Source: a virus
DNA length: 60,294 nt
IMG/VR virus record: IMGVR_UViG_3300027499_000002
Direction: 5' to 3' (one strand)
The notes below the pieces were generated by a model that did not search any database, was not told the origin of the DNA, and saw nothing but the letters and a program-made list of their open reading frames with translations. Below, piece by piece: positions 41,293 through 49,309 of this stretch. Within the stretch, counting starts at the first letter, position 1. Every line of letters begins with the position of its first letter. Both the position numbers and the translations under genes were made by a program.

Positions 41293-41429
41293 TGAACGAT
41301 GAGAATTTTAATCTAGTCGACAGGATTGCCGATCGTTGCCTCTATGCAGCGGTCGGTTGTCTTGTCGTCTTGCATGCGCTGGGCTTGTATCTCGTTTGGG
41401 ATATCACGCGACAGCTTTTCTTTAGGTGA
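41292..41429 (+). CDS. small single-TM protein (below the ORF-track cutoff)
   Basis: TAATG coupling. I translated MNDENFNLVDRIADRCLYAAVGCLVVLHALGLYLVWDITRQLFFR* by hand. Confidence 0.35.
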   Translation: MNDENFNLVDRIADRCLYAAVGCLVVLHALGLYLVWDITRQLFFR

Positions 41430-41431
41430 TC

Positions 41432-41443
41432 CGTGGCGTTAGA
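41432..41443 (+). promoter_or_regulatory. promoter-like motif cGTGGCGTTAGA inside the inverted repeat CCGTGG/CCACGG
   Basis: ATG 41492 lies 49 nt downstream. Confidence 0.4.
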
Positions 41444-41491
41444 TCCACGGACGATTCGATAACCCCAAGACCCTGAAAGGGCAAACTGCAA

Positions 41492-42301
41492 ATGTCTGAC
41501 GAAAAAAAGCAAGGTGACGAAAACTGGCGTGACGCAACCCCTGACGATGTGTTCAAGGTTTTGCAGGGCGAAACCGTAAGGGCTCGGGTCAGAGAGGAAG
41601 CAAACCAGAACTGGGTCAGTACTGATGTTGACGGGTATGATCTGCATATCACTGGGTGGCATCGCGATAAATTCATCGACAGCGAGGGCAGTCATTGGAC
41701 GCAATGCCAAGTCTACTGCGAGCCAGCACCGACGCGCATTCCTAAGGACGGCTGCCGAATGCTGGAGGACAATGAAGAGCCGATGCCTGGGGACTTCATC
41801 AACTGGGGCGCGGGCTGGAACGAACTGACAGCAGCAATGTTTCCTTTGGCGTTAATTCCTTCGTGGTACTGCCGACCGATTAAAGAGCCGATCAGCAAGC
41901 CCGACCGTCTTGTACCGAAGGGCTTTCGGCTGCTTGGTGATGAGCCTCGGCTGGCGTCTGACGGCTACTGGTCGCTGAGCTGCAAAGACTGGCTTGTGAT
42001 CGGCGATCGAATCGAGATTGCAAACCGTGACTGGTGGCCAGCGATTCGGTTTGTGGTTGATGAGCCTAAGCCGGCTGGTGGATGGGAACCAACTGACGAA
42101 GAATTTCAGTACGCGAAGGATCTTTGCAGGGTTCCAGTCGACCCAATCCAAGCCGAGACTGGTTTTATCATGCAAATCAGGCTACCGGTTCCTGCGAGCG
42201 TGCTCGGCAAGCTGGGCGATATGCTTGAGAAGCACTACCCAGGATCGACGATGCGTCAGGTTGGTGGCTTTCTGGTGTTCGACGAACCGATCGAATCGTA
42301 A
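41492..42301 (+). CDS. hypothetical protein
   Basis: 269 aa, Trp-rich. No motif recognised. Confidence 0.5.
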   Translation: MSDEKKQGDENWRDATPDDVFKVLQGETVRARVREEANQNWVSTDVDGYDLHITGWHRDKFIDSEGSHWTQCQVYCEPAPTRIPKDGCRMLEDNEEPMPGDFINWGAGWNELTAAMFPLALIPSWYCRPIKEPISKPDRLVPKGFRLLGDEPRLASDGYWSLSCKDWLVIGDRIEIANRDWWPAIRFVVDEPKPAGGWEPTDEEFQYAKDLCRVPVDPIQAETGFIMQIRLPVPASVLGKLGDMLEKHYPGSTMRQVGGFLVFDEPIES

Positions 42302-42331
42302 ACTGTTTGGAGCGGTTTTTTTCCAACTGTC

Positions 42332-42343
42332 CGTGGCGTTAAA
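42332..42343 (+). promoter_or_regulatory. promoter-like motif cGTGGCGTTAAA flanked by an 11-bp inverted repeat
   Basis: GGTTTTTTTCC lies upstream. CCAACTGTCCG (42323-33) and CGGGCAGTTGG (42347-57) bracket the motif with one mismatch. ATG 42388 lies 45 nt downstream. Confidence 0.45.
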
Positions 42344-42387
42344 TAGACGGGCAGTTGGTTCATGGTTCAAGAATCGATGAGGCGAAA

Positions 42388-42822
42388 ATGAAATCACGTT
42401 TCCCGTTCGGCACCGTTGCTCTGCTGCTGCTTGTGATTACGGTTCTCGGTTGGTTCGCATACCAAGCGACCGATCCGATTCCACCAATGCCGATCGATCA
42501 ACAAATCGAAGCTGGCGATGTGGTAATCAGCCAGGGGGACAGGTCCAGCAAGTGGCCTTCGGTACGGCGTGAGTTCCTGCGAAAGCATCCATGCTGCGAG
42601 GCGTGCGATGAGACTGCTGACCTGCACGTGCATCACGTAAGGCCGTTCCACCTTTGGCCGGAACTGGAGCTGGTTGAGTCAAACCTGATAACGTTGTGCG
42701 AGTACCATCATTTTTACATTGGGCATGACGAAGACGGTCCCAGGGGACCAAAAAAACCGAATTGGAAGACCAGTAACCGAAGCGTCTGGCGCGATGCCAG
42801 GAGAGAGAAGGCGATGCGATGA
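42388..42822 (+). CDS. HNH endonuclease with N-terminal transmembrane/signal-anchor segment
   Basis: FGTVALLLLVITVLGWFAY is followed by CCEACDETADLHVHHVRP...NLITLCEYHH. Confidence 0.55.
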   Translation: MKSRFPFGTVALLLLVITVLGWFAYQATDPIPPMPIDQQIEAGDVVISQGDRSSKWPSVRREFLRKHPCCEACDETADLHVHHVRPFHLWPELELVESNLITLCEYHHFYIGHDEDGPRGPKKPNWKTSNRSVWRDARREKAMR

Positions 42823-43277
42823 TCGAACTACGAATGGTATCAGACGACCGAGGAAACTTGCAGCTACAGATGCGGTCGCGAAGCATCACTATCAGTCGTC
42901 ACGGCAGGTATTATCAAGGCGAGTGGCTTGATTGGAAGTCCGTACCGATCGTCCACGACCCTACTCAGTTAGTCGACAGGGTTGAAATCTTCGATGCAAG
43001 ATCATCGGGGGCAAAACCGGACGTTGGCCTGACTGGAAAGCAGCTTGCTGAGCTTCTTGAGAATCTTGCAGAGACTCGCGAGTGGCATCAGGACAAGGGG
43101 ATCAATCAACTCGCAGGAGACATTCAATCGAGGTCTTTTGCCAGCGGCGTAGCGGCTGGAATCTTCGAGTGCATTTCGAAAATCCAGAACATCCTAGGCC
43201 AGCAAGCAGACGAGCAAATTGCTTATGTTGTTGACTATGAAGAACCAGATCCGGACCTACCCTACCAGGGAGATTGA
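42819..43277 (+). CDS. hypothetical protein
   Basis: 152 aa with an ATGA overlap. Confidence 0.45.
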   Translation: MIELRMVSDDRGNLQLQMRSRSITISRHGRYYQGEWLDWKSVPIVHDPTQLVDRVEIFDARSSGAKPDVGLTGKQLAELLENLAETREWHQDKGINQLAGDIQSRSFASGVAAGIFECISKIQNILGQQADEQIAYVVDYEEPDPDLPYQGD

Positions 43278-43282
43278 ATTCA

Positions 43283-44041
43283 ATGAAGTCAACTTGGTTT
43301 GGAAATAAACAACGCTACGAATTTGCCAAGCTGATCCAAGAGGCCGACTACTCGATGCACGGATGGGATCTTTACAATTCGTGGCTACAGGTTGCCAGCG
43401 GGTCGATGCGTCAGGCTTGCCATGTAATGAGAACCGGGGTGAAAGACGACCGGATCGAACAGACGGTTATCGAGCACCAGAAGCGGGTAAAGCATCCTGA
43501 AAACTTCGCTCGGGCGATGGGGGTGCTTGTCGCTGCTCTGGAAAAAGAGAGTGATGATTTTCTTGGCTCGGTACTGATGGAGTGGGGCCAGAGCGATGTG
43601 CGATTTAAGGGACAATGTTTTACTCCGATGCCTGTCTGTCGGATGATGGCGGCGTTAACCATTGGGGATCGGAAGCCGGACCCGGACGAACGGCTGATGA
43701 TATCCGAGCCAACGTGCGGGGGCGGCGCGATGGTGATTGCGACTTCGGAAGTACTCAAGGCGAACGGATTTTTCCCTTGGAACTATCATTGGCAGTGCGT
43801 AGATGTTGACTGGAGGATGTTCGCGGCGTGTTACATACAGACGACCCTCCTGGGAATTCCTGCGGAGGTAGTCCATGGGAACACGTTGAGCCAAGAGCAA
43901 TGGGACACGGCTGAGACGATTTCGGCAGTGTTATACCCAGTAAGGAAAAGGCCAGCGGTGCGAATCGATGAGCCTGTGCAGGATGAGATTGTTACCGAGT
44001 CCGTTGGGCTCGGAGAGTTCAAGCAACTGACTTTATTTTAG
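43283..44041 (+). CDS. N6-adenine methyltransferase-like SAM-binding protein lacking the catalytic (D/N)PP(Y/F) motif
   Basis: It has CFTPMPVCRMM (FTP motif), motif I ISEPTCGGGAMVI and the region VDVDWRMFAACYIQTTLLGIPAEVVHGNTLS. The protein then ends with no NPPY/DPPY-type motif. I use ATG 43283 after the RBS GGGAGA. Confidence 0.45.
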   Translation: MKSTWFGNKQRYEFAKLIQEADYSMHGWDLYNSWLQVASGSMRQACHVMRTGVKDDRIEQTVIEHQKRVKHPENFARAMGVLVAALEKESDDFLGSVLMEWGQSDVRFKGQCFTPMPVCRMMAALTIGDRKPDPDERLMISEPTCGGGAMVIATSEVLKANGFFPWNYHWQCVDVDWRMFAACYIQTTLLGIPAEVVHGNTLSQEQWDTAETISAVLYPVRKRPAVRIDEPVQDEIVTESVGLGEFKQLTLF

Positions 44042-44050
44042 GGGAAGCAC

Positions 44051-44644
44051 CTAGAAGCTCTCCGAGTCTGCGAACCTCATAACGTCCTCTGAATTCAGCG
44101 TGACAAATCCTAGTCCAGTCCAAGCCATAATCCCGACAGCAACGTGAACCAAGTTCGCCGGTGTGTCGGATGAGTCGATCGACATAAGGGAGACGATCGG
44201 CCGCTCGGACTGGACCCCGTAAAGATACCGAGCCGCATCGCGTTTCATGCAGACGCCTTCTAATTTTGCGACGTTGCTTTTTTCTGCACAGTTTCTAGCC
44301 CACTCGACGGTCGAGTAGTTCACCCCGTTGATAAGTCGGACCTGTAGATCGTACCGATGCAGGATGCTTTTGGGCGTTGGCCGGCGCTCGAAGAAGTACG
44401 ACGATTCGGCGATCGTGATGTACCCCTGGGGAGTCTCATGGTACTTAATTGGGGGGATGGTAAGCTGATCGATTCGGCGTTTGAGGCTGCGATCGTACTG
44501 CCAGCGGTGACGACCGGACAGGTGGGCTATGACGGTGTTTCGGCTCAGGCCGAGTGTGGATGCAATCTGCTTTTTCGGGTATCCTCGATGGGCTTGGAAG
44601 TGGATCTGATAGATGGTCTGGTTGTCGCATCGCATGGTGAGCAA
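44051..44644 (-). CDS. helix-turn-helix DNA-binding protein (the only minus-strand gene)
   Basis: It carries the HTH KKQIASTLGLSRNTVIAHLSG. It is divergent from the portal gene, with only 32 bp between the two start codons. Confidence 0.5.
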   Translation of the reverse strand: MLTMRCDNQTIYQIHFQAHRGYPKKQIASTLGLSRNTVIAHLSGRHRWQYDRSLKRRIDQLTIPPIKYHETPQGYITIAESSYFFERRPTPKSILHRYDLQVRLINGVNYSTVEWARNCAEKSNVAKLEGVCMKRDAARYLYGVQSERPIVSLMSIDSSDTPANLVHVAVGIMAWTGLGFVTLNSEDVMRFADSESF

Positions 44645-44676
44645 CTCCGGGCTAGTATTGCGTTGAGGAAAAAACC

Positions 44677-47600
44677 ATGAACAAGATCGTCGAAACGCTG
44701 CAAGAGTCTCAAAGTCTAATCGAATCCTGGGGCGATGTCATCGACGTCACCGAGTTCATGACCGACACGCCAGGGTTCTTCCAGGCGAACTCCCTCGGCG
44801 TTTACACGCAAATTTATGACCGGGCCGATGGGCGATACCGTCCGGTCTACACCAACGAATCAGACCTGAAAATCATCCGGGCTATGGGCTGGCTGCTTGT
44901 CGAGCGGGTTCCGATGGCCCAAGCCTGGATCAACAGGCTGCTGGATTACACGATCGGGACAGGGTTCGACTGGACGATCAAGGCCAGCGATAAGCGACTG
45001 GAAAAGGCGATTCAAGCCTATGTGCGCGAGACCTTAGACAACTCGAAATGGTCCTCGGAACTCGAGCGCGAGAGCTACGCCAGGGAGGTCGGGGAGGGGG
45101 AATGCCTGATCGAGCACGTTTACGAAAACGGCCAATGCTTGGCGGTTGCTTGCGAGGCCGACGAACTGACCGAACCGGCTAGGAAGAACGAGCTCGAAGA
45201 CTGGATCGGAATCGATTACGTTCCTTCGTGGAGCTTCGGTGTTTTGACCCGGGAGAACAGGCCGCAGAATCCGATCGGGTATCACTTCGTCCGAAACGCA
45301 ACCGGAACGGATTGGGATTACGTTACGGCGGACAGGGTATCCCACTGGAAGCGGAACGTTCGGTCGCGAGCCAAGCGAGGTTTCTCGGACTTCTACAAGC
45401 CGCACTTGTACTTGCTGAGGGCCGATCGAGTGCTGACCAACACGGCAGAAGGGGCAGCGACTCAAGCGGCGATTGCTTACATCGTGGAGCACAAGGACGG
45501 CCAGCAACGGCAGGCAGAAAATATCGTCAAGCGGTTCTCCGCTCCGACAGGTCGAGTCGACCCGATGACCGGGATCATGGAACGCAAACGCAAGATGAAA
45601 CCAGGGACACGCTTGGACGTTCCCGATGGCCAAACCTACAAGGCCGGTTTGCTTGGCGCCAACAACTCAGGGATCTATATCGAGGTTATGGAGGCTGCTT
45701 TAAGGCTTGCTGGATCGGTTCATGCGTTCGTTGAGGGGATGCTGACTGGATCCTATGCGAACAACAATTTTGCCTCGGCGCTGGTGGCCGAAGGTCCGTT
45801 CATGCAGGGGAGGCTTGCCGAGCAGAGCCAACGCAAAGAACGAATGCGTGAAATGATCCTCAAGATGATTCGCCTGGGGGCCGGTAAGAGGCGATTTGCG
45901 GCTGTGGGTTATGATTCCTGGGATTCAATTCAGGATGCGATTACCGTCGAAGTGATCCCGTCTAGGATCGTTCCGATGGACCCGCTCAAGACGGCACAAG
46001 CCTTAGAGGTCCAGAAGCGAAACGGCTGGGTCTCAGACAAGACCTGTATCAACGAGCTTGGGCGAGATATCGATACCGAAACTGCCAATGGACTCAAGAT
46101 CGGCGGTGCTGAGAATCAACCCGGTGCCGGTGGTCAACCAGGAGCACAAACCAACGAAAACACAGGTGCAGCGGTTCCGGATCTTGGAAACGTTTCCAAA
46201 ACCGAGCAGGAGCAGGGCGGCGAATGGCTCGGGATTACCACGGTGCAATGGCGTCGAAACCGCAAGGCAATCACTGACGTTCTGACTGATTTCGCCAGGG
46301 GGAAGCTTAAGCGGAATGTCGCGAAGGTTCTGCTTCGATCGATCGGGATTCCGGACAGGGGAATCGAGACCATTCTGGACGACGCATCGGACGGGCAAAT
46401 CGATTCGATGCCACAAATGGAATCTTTGACCGAGGCCGAACGCAAGACGCTCAACAAGCCGTTCCGGACCTCCGGGGGGCCGAAGAAGTTTTCGGTCTAC
46501 GTGAAGAACCAAAAAGGCAACGTTGTAAAAGTCAACTTCGGTGATCCGAAGATGCGGATCAAGAGAGACGACCCTGGAAGCCGACGCAATTTCAGGGCTC
46601 GGCACAACTGCGACAGTCCAGGGCCGAAATGGAAGGCCAAATACTGGTCTTGTCGGATGTGGTCCAAGCCAAGCGTGACGAAGATCCTCAAGGAGTCTTT
46701 GGAGACTGGCGAAATCGGCTGGGACGGCAGGACGTTTGTTCGGGAGTCTTGGTTGTACAGGCAGAACCCAAGGCTGTTGGAAGTCCGCGACGGAGACGGC
46801 GACGGCAAAATCAACGACGGGAAACCAAGCGAAGCTCCTGCGGAAAAGAAGGACAAGAAAAAAAGCAACACTGTGAATCCCAAGGTTCTTGAATGGGCCA
46901 AGAAAAAGTTCAAGGACGATGCAAAGGCGCAAAACTTTGCTGAGTGGTTCGGGGATTCAAAGGTAGTCGATGCCGATGGGAATCCTTTGGTGGTCTATCA
47001 TGGAACGGATAAAAAGTTCGAAAAATTCAAGCCGTCGGAAAAAGGAATGCTTGGTAAAGGCATTTACTCGTCAGCGAAAAAAGAAGATTACGGAACTTAC
47101 TCCGCATACGCAAAAAAAGAAAACGCAGCGGTAATGCCTTTGTATGTGAAATTGGAAAATCCTCATATCGCAATCGCTGGCAAGCCCGATACGTTCGATG
47201 CGAAGCCAGAAAATGATGGCACAATTATGATTGATAGCCGAACAAAGGCCATAGTTTGGGCTGTAGCCAAAAATCCTGATCAGATCAAATCGGCAACCGG
47301 AAACAAAGGCTCGTTCAACCCGAAGTCCAACAAGATCAACGAATCACTCCAAGAGGCCAAAGACGGAGACGGAGACGGTCTGATCGATGATGGCAAGCCA
47401 ACACAGCGAGCAGCACCACCGAAGCAACCGAAAGCGAAGGCTGCAAAAGGAAAGGCCGTAGCAAAGCCAAAGGCACCAAAGCCAACTGACGATGAAAAGT
47501 TTCAAGCCTTTGAAAAACTGATCGCTGCAAAATCAGACGAAGATAAAGCAGCGTTCCGAAAATCCAAAGCCGATGGGGTATCGATTCCAATCGCCTGGAC

Positions 47601-48306
47601 TGAGGTCGCCTATTATGGCAAGGACGCTGATATCATCGCTGAGGGTCGAGACTCGAAGGGCCGCAAGCAACGAGCGGAACGACCGGACTACAGGCAAGGA
47701 CTGAGCGACCAAAACAACGCTCGAATCGCGAAGGAGCTGACACCAAAAATGGACGCAATCCGAAAGCAGTTGCGTGAGGATGCCATCGACGGAAACGAAG
47801 AATCGAAGGTGCTCTATCTGATCGCAATGACTGGATTCCGGATCGGCGGAAAGGGTGACGGCAAAGCCGAAACCGAAGCGTTTGGAGCCTCGACGCTAAG
47901 GGGCGAACACGTGAAGATCAAAGGGGATACTGTCACGTTCGATTTCCCAGGGAAAAAAGGCGTCCAACAGCAACATTCTCTGAAAGATTCTGTTGTGGCT
48001 AGCTGGTTTGGTGGCGTTAAACCTGAGGAGAATCTGTTCAAAACTCGGGATGTCAAAGTCCGTGAGGCATGGCAAGAAAAGTATGGTGGCGTCAAAGTCC
48101 ACGATATTCGACACGCCGTTGCATCGGAACTGGCAAAGGCAAACCTAGCGAAACTGATTCCACCTAAGCCCAAGAACAAGAAAGAATCCGACGCCTTGAA
48201 AACGAAGGTCGGAACGATCGTAGGCGAAAAGCTTGGCAACAATCCAAGCCAAGCCATTGGCACGTACATTGACCCATCCCTTTGGAAAGTATTGCAGGTC
48301 GCATAA
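44677..48306 (+). CDS. portal protein fused to a polyvalent C-terminal extension (PARP-like ADP-ribosyltransferase plus type IB topoisomerase)
   Basis: One uninterrupted 1209-aa ORF. Residues 1-470 are portal-sized and followed by the MuF gene. Residues 590-662 carry the FGD..RHNC..YWSC module. Residues 750-830 contain NFAEWFGDSKVVD..VVYHGT...GKGIYSS...YVKLENP. Residues 965-1209 contain FRIGG..STLRGEHV..FDFPGKKGV..VHDIRH..GTYIDPSLW. Confidence 0.65.
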   Translation: MNKIVETLQESQSLIESWGDVIDVTEFMTDTPGFFQANSLGVYTQIYDRADGRYRPVYTNESDLKIIRAMGWLLVERVPMAQAWINRLLDYTIGTGFDWTIKASDKRLEKAIQAYVRETLDNSKWSSELERESYAREVGEGECLIEHVYENGQCLAVACEADELTEPARKNELEDWIGIDYVPSWSFGVLTRENRPQNPIGYHFVRNATGTDWDYVTADRVSHWKRNVRSRAKRGFSDFYKPHLYLLRADRVLTNTAEGAATQAAIAYIVEHKDGQQRQAENIVKRFSAPTGRVDPMTGIMERKRKMKPGTRLDVPDGQTYKAGLLGANNSGIYIEVMEAALRLAGSVHAFVEGMLTGSYANNNFASALVAEGPFMQGRLAEQSQRKERMREMILKMIRLGAGKRRFAAVGYDSWDSIQDAITVEVIPSRIVPMDPLKTAQALEVQKRNGWVSDKTCINELGRDIDTETANGLKIGGAENQPGAGGQPGAQTNENTGAAVPDLGNVSKTEQEQGGEWLGITTVQWRRNRKAITDVLTDFARGKLKRNVAKVLLRSIGIPDRGIETILDDASDGQIDSMPQMESLTEAERKTLNKPFRTSGGPKKFSVYVKNQKGNVVKVNFGDPKMRIKRDDPGSRRNFRARHNCDSPGPKWKAKYWSCRMWSKPSVTKILKESLETGEIGWDGRTFVRESWLYRQNPRLLEVRDGDGDGKINDGKPSEAPAEKKDKKKSNTVNPKVLEWAKKKFKDDAKAQNFAEWFGDSKVVDADGNPLVVYHGTDKKFEKFKPSEKGMLGKGIYSSAKKEDYGTYSAYAKKENAAVMPLYVKLENPHIAIAGKPDTFDAKPENDGTIMIDSRTKAIVWAVAKNPDQIKSATGNKGSFNPKSNKINESLQEAKDGDGDGLIDDGKPTQRAAPPKQPKAKAAKGKAVAKPKAPKPTDDEKFQAFEKLIAAKSDEDKAAFRKSKADGVSIPIAWTEVAYYGKDADIIAEGRDSKGRKQRAERPDYRQGLSDQNNARIAKELTPKMDAIRKQLREDAIDGNEESKVLYLIAMTGFRIGGKGDGKAETEAFGASTLRGEHVKIKGDTVTFDFPGKKGVQQQHSLKDSVVASWFGGVKPEENLFKTRDVKVREAWQEKYGGVKVHDIRHAVASELAKANLAKLIPPKPKNKKESDALKTKVGTIVGEKLGNNPSQAIGTYIDPSLWKVLQVA
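46184..46199. repeat. palindrome copy TTGGAAACGTTTCCAA (16/16)
   Basis: Lies in the Gly/Gln-rich linker just after the portal domain, where it is read as G-N-V-S. Confidence 0.95.
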
Positions 48307-48500
48307 TGAGCGAAGTTCCGTTCGTGGTCACTGAAGAAGACGAAGACGGCGATTGGGAGCTTGCAGAGCTTGAGCCCGAAGCCGAAGCCAAGCAGTTAGA
48401 GGTCTTGCTTGGAAACACTAAACCGACTGTGGTACAGGAAAGCAATGAGCTTTCCGGTCGGCAAAAAGCAATCCTTGAAGGATGGAAAGACTACCCATGA
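48306..48500 (+). CDS. small acidic protein
   Basis: TAATG coupling, 64 aa, beginning MSEVPFVVTEEDEDGDWELAELEPEAEA. Confidence 0.45.
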   Translation: MSEVPFVVTEEDEDGDWELAELEPEAEAKQLEVLLGNTKPTVVQESNELSGRQKAILEGWKDYP

Positions 48501-48625
48501 TGAAATCACTTTTTGACAACTTCATCGTGTGGGCCTTCGGTGGCGTGACGGCTTCGCTTGCAACCTGGAAGGCCCTTGAACTGACTGCAATGCTGGTCAA
48601 ATACCTAGGGGCTTTGAATGCCTGA
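48497..48625 (+). CDS. small hydrophobic protein (below the ORF-track cutoff)
   Basis: ATGA coupling. I translated MMKSLFDNFIVWAFGGVTASLATWKALELTAMLVKYLGALNA* by hand. Confidence 0.3.
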   Translation: MMKSLFDNFIVWAFGGVTASLATWKALELTAMLVKYLGALNA

Positions 48626-49283
48626 GTTCAAGGAGCGGACGACCTACGAAGAGCGCATGACCCGGGCGATGCAAGACGTTTTCGAGGCTGCTGCTGCGGT
48701 CGCTGCTGACGGTATCGAGGCGGTCAACGCTGCAATAAAAACAGCGTTGAAAAAATACGTCGGGCCGATCCTCGAAGAGATCCAGCGACGGGTGATAATC
48801 ATCTTGCTGCTTCTGTTCGGTGACGATGATCGAACGTCCTCGGTACTCGGTGACAAGCCGGATGAGGGGCCGATTGCTGAGGACTTGAGCAAGAAGGCCG
48901 CGAAGCGAGCCGGGAAGCAAACCGATGACCTTGGGGACCAAATGGCCGACACGAATCGGTCCTGGTCGAGGGAATGGAACCCGGACGATCAATCGTTCGA
49001 GGACTGGTCCAAGGACAGGCTGTTCCCTCCGTCGCGTGCCGAGACCGTAGCGATCACAGAGACGACCACGGCGATATCACTCGGCGAGCGGGATGTGATC
49101 GACACGATCGAGGATCTAGGAGTCGAGATTGATGCTCTGTGGTTCACGAAGCGAGACGAGCGGGTGTGTCCAATCTGCGGGCCGCTTCACAATCAATCGA
49201 AGAGCCAATGGGAAGACGATTTCCCGGTCGGGCCACCTGCGCACCCTCGATGCCGGTGCTTTCTGGTTTACTATGCTAGGTGA
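48618..49283 (+). CDS. head morphogenesis protein, Mu F / SPP1 gp7 family
   Basis: The C-terminal signature is WFTKRDERVCPICGPLHN...PPAHPRCRCFLVY. Confidence 0.7.
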   Translation: MPEFKERTTYEERMTRAMQDVFEAAAAVAADGIEAVNAAIKTALKKYVGPILEEIQRRVIIILLLLFGDDDRTSSVLGDKPDEGPIAEDLSKKAAKRAGKQTDDLGDQMADTNRSWSREWNPDDQSFEDWSKDRLFPPSRAETVAITETTTAISLGERDVIDTIEDLGVEIDALWFTKRDERVCPICGPLHNQSKSQWEDDFPVGPPAHPRCRCFLVYYAR

Positions 49284-49309
49284 GCAGTGCCAGCGTAGAA
49301 TTTTGCATC

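Noticed and set aside
48010-48021. GGTGGCGTTAAA inside the topoisomerase domain as an internal promoter
   Set aside because: It has no upstream T-run and no start codon within 50 nt downstream, and it sits in the well-conserved coding segment ASWFGGVKPEE. It is probably a coincidental match to the 9-nt core.
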